Shown here one piece after another: positions 37,050 to 49,538 of a stretch of 64,000 nt of DNA. The position numbers and the translations under genes were made by a program. Positions within the stretch are counted from its first letter, which is position 1, and each line of letters opens with the position of its first letter. The stretch comes from Hypanus sabinus (lineage: Eukaryota), in contig NC_082722.1 of assembly GCF_030144855.1 (NCBI RefSeq), forward strand, positions 21,142,001 through 21,206,000, read 5' to 3'. The notes under the pieces are model-generated. The model did no database searches. It worked only from the letters and a program-made list of their open reading frames with translations, and was not told where the DNA came from.

Positions 37050-38655
37050 TTAGAAACGTAGAATAATAGAAATCCTACAACTCAGTACAGGCTGTTGGCC
37101 CACAATGATGTGACGAACATGTCCTTACCTTAGAAGTTACCTAGGGTTGCACTTAGCCTATTTTTCTGAGTTCCTTATACCTGTCCAGGAGTCTCCTTAA
37201 AAAAAAACCCTATCGTATCTGGTTTCACCACTGTCGCTGGCAGCCCATTCCATGCACATGCCAATCTATGCGTTAAAACCCCTGAAATCTCCTCTGTACC
37301 TACTTCCAAGCACCTTAAAACTGTGCCCTGTCGTGCTAGTTATTTCAACCCTGGTAAAATGCCTCTCACTATCTACAGAATCAATGCCTCTCCTGATCTA
37401 ATAAACGTCTCTGAGGTCACCTCGCATCCGTCGCTCCAAGAAGAAAAGGCCGAGTGCACTCAATCTATTCTCATAAGGCATGCTCCTCAATCCAGGCAGC
37501 ATCCTTGTAAATCTCCTCTGCAGTTTCCACATCCTTCTTATGGTGAGGCGACCAGAACTCAGCACAGTAGTCCAAGTGGAGTCTGACTAGGGTCCTATAT
37601 AGCTGCAACATTACCTCTCGGCTTCTGAACTCAACCCCACGATTAATAATGCACAATGCACCGTATGCCTTCTCAACCACAGAGTCAAACTGCGCAGCGG
37701 CTTCGAGTGTCCTATGGACTCGGACCCCAAGATCCCTCTGCTCCTCCACACTGCCAGGAGTCGGACCATTATTACTATATTCTGTCATCATATTTGACCT
37801 ACCAAAATGAGCCACTTCACACTTATCTGTATTGAATCCCATTTGCCACTTCCCAGCCTAGTTTTGCATCTTACTAATGTCCCGCTGTACCCCGACAACC
37901 CTCTACACTATGCACAATACTTCCAGCCTTTGTCATCAGCAAAACTACTAACCCATCTCTCCACTTCTTCATTCGGGCCATTTACAAAAATTTCGAGGTG
38001 TGGGGGTTCCCTGAACAGAACCTTAAGGCACACTTCTGGTCATCGACTTCCATGCAGAATATGACCCATCTGCAACAACAATTTGCTTTCTGAGGCAAGC
38101 CAATTCAGGATCCACAAAGCAATGTCCCCTTGGATCCCATTCGGCCTAACTTTCTCAATAAGCCTTGCATGGGGTACCTTATCAAATGCCTTGCTGAAAT
38201 CCATAAACACCAGATCTCTTGTTCTACCTTCATAAATGTGCTTAGGCACATCCGCGGAAAATTGAATCAGGGTCTTAACGTTCGACCTCCCTTTGACAAG
38301 GCCAAGCTAACTATTCCTAATCATATTACGCCTCTTCAAGTATTCATATATCCTGCCTCTCAGAATCTTCTCCATCAACTTACCAACCATTAGAAGTAAG
38401 ACACAATAGTCTATAATTTGCTGGGCAATCTCTATTCCCTTTCTTGAATAACGAAACTACATCAGCAACCCTCCAATCTTACGTAACGTCTCCCGTCCCC
38501 ATTGACAATGCAAAGATCTTCGCCAGAGGCTCAGCAATCTTCTCCCTCTCCTTCCACAATAGCTTGGGCTGCATCTCGTCTAGTCCCGTTGACCTATCCA
38601 ATTTGATGCTTTCTAAAAGCTGCAGCACATCCTTTTTCTTAATATCTATTTAGAC
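37050..38655 (-). mobile_element. CR1 LINE RT and 3' fragments
   Basis: Minus strand DFSKAFDKVPHARLIEKV and GFNTDKCEVAHFGRSN..RGVEFRSREVMLQLYRTLVR. Confidence 0.87.
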
Positions 38656-38689
38656 GATGCAGAGCACCCGAGACCAAATTGTTACTTTC

Positions 38690-39630
38690 ATGAAACGCAC
38701 ATAAAACACTGGAGAAACTTATCAAGCCCGGCTTTATCTATGGAAATAAATACAGTCAACATTTCGGGCCGAGACGCTGCGGCAGGACTGGAGAAAAAAG
38801 GATGAAGTTTAGATTTAAAGATGAGGAAGGTTGGCGATGTGTCGGCAAGTAGATAAAGTGAGAGAAGGAAAAGGGGGATGGGAATTGTGAAGGAAGTGGA
38901 GGGGCATTACCGGAAGCTTGACAAATCGATGTTCATGCCTTCAGGTTGGAGGCTACACAGACGGAATATAAGGTGTTGTTCCTCCAACTTGAGTGCAGTC
39001 TCATGACGACAGTCGAGGAGCAATGATTTGACATATCTGAATAGGGATGGGAAGAGGTATTAAAGTGGGTGGCCACTGGGAGATTCAGTTTCTTCTGGCG
39101 CACGGATTGTAGGTGCTCGGCGAAGCGGTCTCCTGGCCGTGAGCACCGACACCCAATGAGCCCAACAGACTCACGGGTGAAGGACTGGTTGAGGCCCTGA
39201 ATGGTAGTGAGATAGGAGGTGTAGGGTAGGTGTACCTCTTGTTTCAATTGCAAGGATAACTTCCAGGAGTGAGGACAGTGGGGAGGAACGCATGGAAGTA
39301 CCTCATTAATTGCCTATCGCCTCTCTCTATTGCACCTCACCCCTCCCCCACTTTTCTTTATTTCATAGTCATCTCTCCTCCCCTATCATTCCCCCTTCTT
39401 CTGCCTTGTATCTATTTCACCAATATACTTCTCTGCTCTTTACTTCATATCTTCCACTCCCGGATTGCATCTATCAACATGTTTTACTCACCCCCCCCCC
39501 CCGCCACCTGTTCAATCTATTTCACATCTTTTTGTTTTCTCCAGTCCTGCCCAAAACATCGACTGTGCTTTCTTCCACAGATGCTGCGTGGTCTCTGATT
39601 TCCCCCAATATGTTGTGTGTTTCCTTGGGG
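38690..39630. mobile_element. Two Penelope-like 3' fragments in opposite orientation
   Basis: Minus strand GDRFAEHLQSVRQKKLNLPVATHFN. Decayed hammerhead remnants at about 38755-38795 (minus) and 39541-39567 (plus). Confidence 0.8.
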
Positions 39631-40122
39631 TTCCAGCATTGGCATGATTTCTTTTGTTTGTTAATTTCAACACGTGATCTGTGAAAGCAAATCATGCAGC
39701 GGCTGCAGAGGCAATCAAGTCTGAAACAAAGTGGCTACATGTGTATACGTATCTCATTGATTATCAGCTATTGACTGTAACAGTAATTGTTGTCTTTTTT
39801 TAATAAACTCTCTTTTGCTGATTTTCCATTCATTATGAAATCTTGTACTACCGTCCAACTCTCGCGCACAGAGCAATTTTCGTTATTGCTTTAACATCCA
39901 ACCTTTCATATGAATATTAATGCAATATGTTTAAGAGAGCGTCTGAATGCTAAGATCTGCAACCGACGCATTGAAATACTAATGTTGCAAATCAATATTT
40001 GAACGATCGGCAAAGGTCAAATTTACCTGCTGCCTCTGTGGGTTGTAGATTCAGGCAGGCTGTGTGAATAATTGTCAGAAATTCTGGGAACTAAAGTTCG
40101 ATCAAAAAGCTGCCACCCCTTA

Positions 40123-40247
40123 CTAGTAGATTGAAAGGTAGCTGTTTGTTTCTTGGGGCTCAGTGTCTTCCTGCTTTGCAGTAATTTCGGTCATTATGTG
40201 AATAACCTGAAGACGAGGTTCTCCTGGACCTTTAGAGGCATTATCGG
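40123..40247 (-). other. Candidate cytoplasmic-tail exon
   Basis: ttttttttatAG|CC, phase 1, open: ADNASKGPGEPRLQVIHIMTEITAKQEDTEPQETNSYLSIY*. No homology confirmed. Confidence 0.3.
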
Positions 40248-40948
40248 CTATAAAAAAAATTGTGAAGCTCTTTATAAAGTTGAGTACATTTAGTTTTTCC
40301 CGGATTCTTTCCTTTCTAATTTAAAAGTTAGGTTCAGTGAAGTTATCAACCATTCTCAAACACAGACCGTGAAAGTAAAGTAAATATAATGTTGACTGTG
40401 CAGAAGGGTAAAATCGGTGAACGGGTGAAAGCAGTTTTCATTTTCGTACACGTAGATTCGCAAGCTTTTGCGATTAATAAAATTTCTTCAAATATCACAG
40501 GATTTACATTGTCACAGAAATTTAAAACGTTTGTTTTCACAATGTGCAGTATTTTTAAAAACACATATTCTTAGCAATATCCGAATATCTGCAAAAATTC
40601 CCACATTAAGATCCTCGCTCCGCATTTTTTGCACGATCACTTCAAGCTGAAGGGTCATTTGTATTCCAGCCAATTGCTGAAAGCTGATTCCGGAGGAAAG
40701 TTAAAATGTTCATAGTAAATATTTTGCAAATAAATATGTAATGCAGCCAAAATGGCTTCTGTCTGTTTAGCAACATTCTAAGAGTCTATAGCCATATTTC
40801 TTCCTTGCTTCGCTTAATGCAGTACTTCAGCTCCTAAATCACCAATCTTAGAAACTAAAGAAACCGTTTCATCTCAACAAACTGCTTTGATTCTCACTTT
40901 CTACCAAAGAGTTATATTTACTCTTGAAGGAAAGTGGGCGGTGGGCGG

Positions 40949-41618
40949 TGTAGCGTTCTCGTTCGGGTGTGACGTAACGCCGAATTAAACGCCGAGATAA
41001 ACCATAGTCAATGAAACAAGGTCGCAGTAAGATTAACCATTTACTGTTCACTCCACATCAACATATGGTGAAAACTGTTGATAAAACAATACAAGATTGA
41101 TACAGTATTTGTTCCTTTCTTAATATCACATTTCCATTGTAAATACTTGTAAAAGTGACTATAACTACATTACATTAAGGTGCAGTATACTGGCAGACTT
41201 TATCTACGCCATTGACTACTTTAAATACACTTCAATGCAAACTATCCGCAACTCTTTAACTAACGAAAACATAAACATTATCGACCGTCGTTACTTTTAA
41301 CAGGATCGGCGTTAACATCTTAGTTCAACATATCGATTATCTATTAACTTACAGCGTTGCTCTCACTGTGATTTCTAATGTTTGCAAAACAACTCCTGCT
41401 CGGGTCTGCCTCGTGGTGAGCCCCCACCCTTGCTTCGATCTCAAACCGGTATTTTCCAACAAGACGCGGCGAAACCGGATGTGACGTCATCGCATACCGA
41501 TATATTATACAGGCAATGAATATACTTTAAACACTTCTAATTCGAACTAGAAAATACTAACAAATGAATTACTAAGCGAAAATATTATAAACTAAATAAC
41601 TGTCATAAAGACAACACA
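40949..41618 (-). mobile_element. Solo LTR, 670 bp, with 5-bp TSD
   Basis: TGTAG...ACACA termini flanked by GGCGG on both sides (40944-40948 and 41619-41623); CpG-rich. Strand inferred from polyA-like words. Confidence 0.82.
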
Positions 41619-41806
41619 GGCGGAAATGCATGAGTTTACGGATAAACATTTTATCATGATGCAAATCGATTTTGTTACCCATAGTAAGATCGCCTGAAAA
41701 TACTTTCTCTAGTTGTCTCGCAGTACTGCATTCCCAATGTTGTGTTTTGTGTATTGCATTCACCATCATCCTCTCCTTCAGCTTTTATGAATTATACCCC
41801 CTTTAC

Positions 41807-41878
41807 CGGTCCGAAATTCAATATATTAGATCATGATTTTGAATGAAAATATAAATAACTGATACCACCGCAGCCATG
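41807..41878 (-). pseudogene. Candidate TM pseudo-exon with basic residues
   Basis: Long pyrimidine tract ...tttcatatacAG|CA, 72 nt, ACCG|GTAAAG. Phase-1 frame AWLRWYQLFIFSFKIMI*YIEFRT contains one stop. Confidence 0.33.
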
Positions 41879-44800
41879 CTGTATATGAAAATAACGAGAG
41901 AAAGAAGAAGAAACAGATAATACAGAAATAAAATTAGATGACAATGGGAACCGAATCAAATACGTATTGTGATTAAATATGTAGTGAGTAATCAGGATAG
42001 ATTATTGTAAAATAGCATTTGATATTCAGGAACTCAGACTACCTTGCTGAACTGTGCCCAGAAGAGCTATGTGCCGAGCTCTGTTTTATGCACCCTTATT
42101 GCAATACAGTTGAACTGCAACTTGCATTCAACTGTTTAGTGAATAAATAATACTTCATCGGCAAATGTATGAAACATGCGATTACCACAAAGGATATCAA
42201 GTGATAATATATTGGATTTCGCGTATATTTCTTTTTGTGCAGAGGGTGGTGTTAAGCCTGGGTCTCCTCTCATCTAAAGTGTGTTTTTTTTTCCAGTCTG
42301 AGTTACATTGTGCTTTCAGCTAGTTCGGAGGTACTGGATCCAAAATCTACCTCAAACTATTTACTTATCTTTTTGCTCTGCACTTGATTCTGAAGATAAA
42401 CATACGACTCATTACCATGGTTCTACCTCCAGCACAGTATCACTGAAGGGAATTTTTCATACATGAGTAGGTATTGTGTGAATAGCCATATTGGGTACCT
42501 GGATGACAGTGAGAATCAATTCGGAATTGATTTACTTTGCTTCTGTTCTTCATAAAGAAGCAATAGCACCTACTGAGCATTTAGTCTGAGGAAAATGTTT
42601 CCTTCTCATTGACGTCACTCCACAATAGCGATCATTGAAAGTCTTCTTTTGTTAAGTTCAATTGAGATTCTCAATATTATGAAAGAGATTAATTTTATTT
42701 ATACAATATGTACACATGATGCGAATCATAACGCGTTCCTATGTTTGCTGTTAATATTGGGTCAGGAGCCATATAATCCGATGCAGTGAGAAGCGTTGAA
42801 ATAGAAATATCGTATCATTTAAATCAAAGTTAATTCTGTGATCTATTTTGTAAGTTCCAACACAAAGGAACATGTGTCTTCGAATCAACAAATGCATGAC
42901 AAATATAGCCAACTTATACGTGAACACTTCTGTGGAATTTTATTACTCAACTTGTATGCTTCACAGCATTGTTTGAAGTAAACCAAATACAATTCAGTTC
43001 TACAAAACATTCATATCATTTAATCGCTAAAGGAACAACAGGCTCATATTTGAAGACAACTGGAAATTAATTTCAAAATGTTTAAGATGAACCAAACAAA
43101 ATCATACAATTATCAAATCTCTGCTTTGGGGCTCGGGAAAGTCTTGCAACAGCGATTGTTTTTTATTTGTGAACCAAAGTATTTTGTTTACTAACTCTGC
43201 TTTAAATGCTTGCGTACAGGCCGATACACCAAACATATGAAGGATTTCCTCATATTTGAAATGTTTGTTAAAAATCTGTGGTTGTGAAATATTCCCGCGA
43301 ACATCTAGATAATTTAACAACTACAATTAATGGGGCTTGGCTGAACACAAAACAGACCATAAATGTGACGACAGTATTTTCCAAAAATAATCCATTTGGC
43401 AATAAAATGGAGACAAGAGACCTCCGATGCTGGAACATGGAGCAACACAATAAGCGTTGGCGGAACTTAGCGCACCAGTGCAACAGGGGAATGGACAGTC
43501 GACAGCTGGGCCGAGACTCTTCATCTGCGCTTCATTGTCCAGCCAGGAAATTAGATAGTGAGGAACATCGAAATTAAGCCTTCTAATCTTCATCCTTGGC
43601 CTCTCCTTCCCCTTTTATAACTGTTAGAAATCTGACATAATTTTTACATATTTTATTTTTTATTATTGAAATAATTGATCTTTGCATACTTGAAACTCTA
43701 TAAATGATTTAAATACTTTAAAAAATATTTTGTCAATCTGGGTAAGATTACTAATTATCTCTCAAGTTACTTCTCCATTTTATATGTGCGGGTCATTTAT
43801 AAACCCCAACCCCCTGGATATCAACTGAAACTCGAATGGTATATCTTGTAATATACATGGCCTCGTCTTACAGTATTTTCCAAATATTCCACGATCTCCA
43901 ATACAGAGAGTTGTTACAGATAATATTGTCCTGATAGCTTACCAAGATTACTAATGGATTCTGCTCAGTTACAACTCACCACATAATCAACACAAATCGA
44001 ACAATCGGAAGAAAATTAAATACAGAAGGTTTTGGAGATACCCGATTGGTTTGCCACCTTCTGTCGGGAGAAAAGTAGGTTCGGGAGCTTTCACCACGCA
44101 ATAAACCCAAAAATATTTAATCTGGCATTTTCCGCAGTTGCTGCATGAGTTGGAGTGGTCTCAAATTTGCAACGCCTGAGGTATTTGCTTCTATCCACGT
44201 TCAGCTCACGCTCAACAACTACCACCAGTTTTTTTTTTACTACCGTGTTCCTTTGCATTTGTCATTTATCAATACGATGAACGTTCGTAGTCCGAGAACA
44301 AACTCCAAATGGTCGCCAATTAGCCCAGTAGTACAATGTGAATATTTTTTGCCTGAATCGCATCTCTCGGGCCGTTACGCTCGAGCCATTTCAACATTCA
44401 ACTCAAAAAATTATCTTCAGTTTTCATTTTGTTAATCGACTCTGCTGTGGAACAATTCTGATACGCTTTGACAATGTCGTATTATACAAATGCACCATGA
44501 TAAAATGTATGGCTCAACATATTTCAATATATCATTTGTTTTAAATGAGATTGCGAATATTTCTTCCGTATTTAAAGTGAAACATTTCAAAACTTTTATC
44601 CTCGTTCCAGATTTCTGCTCTTTTAGTACACACATGACATCACGGTAAAAAACACATTATTCACCATTCAGCATTCACAGAACTTAAACGGACATAAAAT
44701 AGTAATCATGCTGTATCTAAACATTACATGTCTAGCATTTTTTAGGATTTATGCTTACATTCATACAGGGCAATTCGTCCTTCCAGTATCTTATGTTAAC

Positions 44801-44950
44801 CTTAAGTGATATCACCCAAATTCCGAAAGGCAACTGCCTTACCTGAAAGTAATCGACATTTTTTTTTCAAATGGACGTTTTCATCGCACATTTGATCGGC
44901 GGATTAAAGAGAGATTTTCTCTTGGCATTGATTTTTTTCTGTCTATGCGA

Positions 44951-44985
44951 GTTCTGAAGAAGGGTCTCAGTCTGAAAAGTCGATT
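44951..44985 (+). ncRNA. Minimal hammerhead-like motif in a short Penelope-derived element
   Basis: CTGAAGA-AGGGTCTCAGTCT-GAAAA-GTC-GAT, followed by the tagatgct..cagcatt repeat tail. Confidence 0.45.
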
Positions 44986-45349
44986 CAATTGCATAGATGC
45001 TACCTAAAGCGCTGACTTCCTTCAGCATTTGGTGTACTGTAGCTCTGGATTTTCAGCAGCAGCAGAACGTCTTGTGTTTATCAATTTTATCCTGCACAGG
45101 ATTACAAATTGAAATTATATTATTTTCTTAGAAAAATATTCGAATATTTAAAACAGGCTGATATAAAAATGGCTGATATACGTGTTGTTTTTGAATCTAC
45201 CGGGACATTTTCAGAAATAGCTTTACAAGTAACTTACGTAAATTAACTTTCATACTTTTCACTTAAACGTTAAATATGATAACGTGGGCATTTGCAACTT
45301 ACTCGTTTGAGACTGTGAAGTTTCTAACCGCATGAAGTTTCCATGATGT

Positions 45350-45639
45350 CACCAGCTAACCGTGAGTGCAGTTACTTTGCTGTGTGTGCTGTCTCGTTTG
45401 ACAAATACTTCTGGAATTTGCTGCATCTTGTCATTGCAAAGGTAGAAAAGTTCGCTTTTGCGGATTTGAAATCGCGTTTCACATGCAGAGTATGTGCCTC
45501 TTTCGACAAATAATTTACATTTCCATCAAGTCATAACAAAGGAAACCACAAGTACACATAAACACAATATTGCACAATAGGGTTTATACACGCGGAGTGA
45601 ACGCTTATTTAGATATATATTTTTAAATCGTTAACATAT
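45350..45639 (-). pseudogene. Candidate decayed V(J)-like exon
   Basis: Acceptor gctgtgctttatcaAG|. Frameshifted remnants VYVYLWF, KRDFKSAKANFS, LQ*QDAA..C and terminal SKVTALTVS (compare GKGTxLTVS), then GTGACA. Confidence 0.35.
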
Positions 45640-46543
45640 CTTGATAAAGCACAGCAAAAAAAAAAAAAAACACGTTCTTATCCTGGGCACATCAGTTAAT
45701 ATGACTTGTGCGTTAGCCGTTAAACACACAAAAAAGTTAGGTTACCAAAAGAAGTACAAAATAGAAGAAAAACAATAAATTACAGAGTTACGGTTCGGCA
45801 TTGTTCACAGTGGAAAACAGATAATCGTTGCGGGTTGGGGGATGGAGTACACCGCAAATCAGCATAGGTATACTTTTAGTTTTAGGCCTGAAAAATGGAT
45901 AGAATCAGGAGGGACAAAAGCACAGAGAGATTTGAAATGATGAATGCCAATTATAAAATAGGTGTTTTGTTTCACTAAATGGCAGAGTGGGTCGGTGATC
46001 GCGAGGATTCCAGATAAGCCGGTCGTATACATAGATCACAACCAGTTATTCAGTGATGTAGACCAACACTTACAGATTGGCACGCCTATACAGTCCCACA
46101 GTAATGTCCTCTCGTCCAGGAGTGCACAGCGAAGCACAAAGGCAGACATTTCTTCTGCACCTACTCGGACTGCAATACTCTGTCTGAAACTGTTTAATCC
46201 GATTCCCTTCCCAGCACAATAGCCAGGAAAGTCGAACCATCATCGCACATTCATAGTGACAGTGACACGAAATTTTATGAATTATAAAGAAAATTTGCTT
46301 GCTAGGACACAGCATGTCTCCACATCTAGATTTCCGAAACAGTACCATCTTCATACTAATGCACCCATTCCTGACTTTACACTTAACACGCTTCCTGCAT
46401 AAATTTTCATTACTCCAAAACTATGTGGTATAGTATGGGGCATGTCCTCGTGATCTATCGTCAAGTGTTTAGGAACTACCTGCATTCAGGTGTTCCAAAG
46501 CTTCAAATTTACAATCTCCAAACTCGTGCAAAGAATAAGAAGG

Positions 46544-46703
46544 NNNNNNNNNNNNNNNNNNNNNNNNNNNNNNNNNNNNNNNNNNNNNNNNNNNNNNNNN
46601 NNNNNNNNNNNNNNNNNNNNNNNNNNNNNNNNNNNNNNNNNNNNNNNNNNNNNNNNNNNNNNNNNNNNNNNNNNNNNNNNNNNNNNNNNNNNNNNNNNNN
46701 NNN
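46544..46703. other. Assembly gap (160 N)
   Basis: Direct reading. Confidence 1.
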
Positions 46704-46965
46704 CATATTAAGAATATTAATATTAATACCCATTAACGTATTCTTCTGGCATTATATCGTGGGTCAAATCCCATCTGGAAAATTTACAAGATAATGTGAG
46801 AACTAAAACTTTAAATTTTAGAGAACACAATGTACGCTCAAAGGCGCTTAGATTAACACTACCTAGGACAGAAGGGAGTGGAGAAATAACATGCATAAAT
46901 AAAATTCATAGAACAGATAAATCTTCTGAGGATTTATATTCATCAATGAATACAGGATTCAACAC
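46704..46965 (+). mobile_element. R4/Dong-like (RLE-type) non-LTR RT fragment
   Basis: RTKTLNFREHNVRSKALRLTLPRTEGSGEITCINKIH resembles the RLxLPRxEGGRG motif; the upstream IPINVFFWHY aligns loosely with the IPILTYSFG segment. Confidence 0.5.
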
Positions 46966-46970
46966 TCCAA

Positions 46971-47641
46971 GTAATCGAAAATGGCTTCTTTGTTTTGTTA
47001 AAAGCAGGAATGTTTCTTTGGTGCGAGAGAGTGCTGGAAGCTTGTTTGGGTTAAAATTTACTGATAACGAGAATTGTATTCCTTTGCAGACCAATTGGGA
47101 TTAATGTTGTTCTTTCTTCTGAGTCTGTAAGCTATTGTTGGCGGGCTTTTTGGGAGATCAGCGAGAGTGGGTGAGAGAGAGGACGCGATGCTGTAAGCTG
47201 GGCGAGGAACGGACCCCAAGCGGGGGTCCGAGGCCAGGAGGTACTCCGAGGAGAGGAGATGAAGCTAGATGTGCTTGGTTGACCACTTCGGATGGTCCTA
47301 AGCTGCGAGTCGAGGAGTTCGGAGAGGATCGAATGGTGGCCAGAAGACTTCAGTAATTGAGCTCCAACGGTTGTGCACGAAGTGGTTTGGACTTTGATAA
47401 GTTTGGCGCCTTTTCTTTACTTTTTTCGTCATATATACTGTATCGTTATTAATCACTTAGTTATAGTAACCTTTATAAATTGTACTCATTTAATCGCTTA
47501 TGGTGTACTGTCTGTTTTTGGGCGAGGTGGGGACATCACACAGCATCCACACCAGCTGATTACCCAGTTTGGCGGGGCCGAAGGCTGCTCCCCCTAGACG
47601 AGAACGAGCTTATCAAGGCTGAGGCGACCAAGAGGGTTACA
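46971..47641 (+). repeat. 5' LTR (first ~35 nt missing)
   Basis: Matches 50476-51151 at roughly 90-95% by eye. Confidence 0.9.
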
Positions 47642-47644
47642 TTG

Positions 47645-47662
47645 TGGGGGCTCATCCGGGAT
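47645..47662 (+). promoter_or_regulatory. Primer binding site, tRNA-Pro type
   Basis: TGGGGGCTCATCCGGGAT, one mismatch to the canonical tRNA-Pro PBS TGGGGGCTCGTCCGGGAT, 3 nt after the LTR end. Confidence 0.88.
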
Positions 47663-49538
47663 TGATTTCTATGGAAGCTGTGTGATCACCCTCTTTAAAT
47701 TATGGCTGCGGCGAAGAGCTGGTGTGCTTTTGTGGGTGTGCGATTACCGGTTATCACTGCGTGTGTGTTGGATGGGGTGGCTGCTGTTGGTAGCCCGGAG
47801 GTCGTTGTTCGAGTTCCAACTAGCGCTGACGAAATGGTAGTGGTACCATGGGCTGTCCGTACTGTTCGGAGAGTGAGGAGTGACAGGTTGGGATGTTCCA
47901 GCAGTGGTGGGCTCCGCCCGGTTGTTGGAATAATGTCCAGCCCTAAAGTGGCGGAGGCGTGGGCGGAGCAGTCCTCTCAGTTGTTGGGTGAGTGGCAGTG
48001 CTTGGCTGAGGGAAAGCGACAGGTACTGGTTGAAAGTTTGAGTAGGCGGGCAGGTGACGTTGTTAGAACTGTCGGGCGCAACTACTTCGAAGTGACAGCT
48101 GCCAGTTCTGGGAAAGTGTGGGAAAATGCGTGTGGTTCGACTGGAAGTCAAATGCCGCAGCTGGGGGGCTTATCATATCCGTGGCAGGAGATTGGTGGAA
48201 AGTTTTTAGGGTATCCATTTTGGCTAGGGGGGCAGATGAATTGCTAGCGGAGCCAAGGGGATCTGTCAAGGGGATCAGTTGTTCCGTTCTTCCGAGAGGT
48301 GTCGGAAAACGTAGAGTAGGTCCAGTTGGGGAGCGGCTTGGGGTCTCTGGGGGAGCATGTTCCCAGCAATGTACCAAGGAACTCCCGAAAGGAGCACACC
48401 CTATTCCTGAAGGCTTAGAGGGACCACACAATCAGGTGTTGTTACGAATGGATGGAAGTCAAGTTAAAGCCATCCTTGGCTCCGGGGCGCCGGTTAAGTT
48501 GCTGTACAGTTAGTTTTATAACCGTTATTGGAAGCATTTACCCTTGACGACATTGAGAACACTGGAGATTTGGGGTACCAGTGCCGGTGATTATCCAGAC
48601 GACGGTTGTTGGTCAGTGAAAATTGAGTTCTTAGAGGCAAATGTGCAGGTGACTGAGGTTCGTGAATCGTTAATGCTGATGTGTCTGGACACTGTTGAGA
48701 CGGGCAGGGTTTCGGTACTGGAGAGAACCAATATCCTGCTGGTGCGCTTGGGGGCCTGCCCGAAGGAGGCGGGTGAGAGCTGTTTGGAGGCATTGTCGAT
48801 GCACCCAGAGTTTCGAGCTGCTTCTGCGGACGTGTGTAGCAGCATTGGGCTGATACCGAATTCAAACAAGAGCCGGTGGTGGTACGGCCTGGGGGAAGTA
48901 TCCGAGGGTGAGACCCTCTTAGTGGACGCTGCGAACTACCACGAGGGAAGGGAGTTGACCGCTGAAGACACCTCGGAGAGAGAGAGGTTGCGGCGACTGG
49001 CCCCGACAGCCATGGAAGACGTAGGCAGCGTGTGTGTGGATTATATTGCGCAGAAGAGGCGCACAGTTAGTGACCAGAATATGGTCCTGAGGGCCGAAGA
49101 GGCGATGGCCTATCTGAGTGGTGCGAAATAGCTTAAGGTGCTGGATCTGAGGAGTGGATGTTGCCAGATCCCGATGAGTGAGGCCGACAAGGAGAAGACG
49201 GCCGTTATAAATTCCCTAGGAGTCTTCCGGTCGGAAAAGATGCCACAGGGCATATCTGGAGCCCTTTCAACCTTCCCGCGGGGCATGTGGAAGACCATGG
49301 GGGATGTGGAGGCGTTTGGAGTTTTGGTGTATTTGGATTTGCCTCAGGAGAATACGAAGTGAGGTCGTTGCAGGAGCGGCTGAGAACGACAGAGTTAAAG
49401 TGTTTTCTGGACACGTGCCAGGACTGGCGAAGGTCGCAGCTAGTGAGTGACTGTCTCTCCGGAAACAATTTTGAAATGACAACGGAGAGACCTGAATAAG
49501 TGATCTGGAACCAATTGAAAGACTCACAAGTTGGAGAG

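Noticed and set aside
42423-42439. 17-mer shared with 18361-18377 (inverted), with nearby splice-like signals
   Set aside because: The 18361 copy lies in a CR1 3' fragment, and a short match in repeat-rich DNA is uninformative.
44200-44500. Minus-strand DSGKKYSHC and CKGTR** resembling V F- and G-strands
   Set aside because: Spacing between the motifs is too long, and there is no B-strand Cys, Trp or exon boundary.
45530-45610. Hydrophobic YCAILCLCVLVVSFVMT as a TM exon
   Set aside because: No matching 99-nt or 72-nt exon boundaries, and it lies inside a region better explained as a V remnant.
46423-46794. ORFs spanning the N-runs (also 51592-52272)
   Set aside because: Artefacts of translating through assembly gaps.
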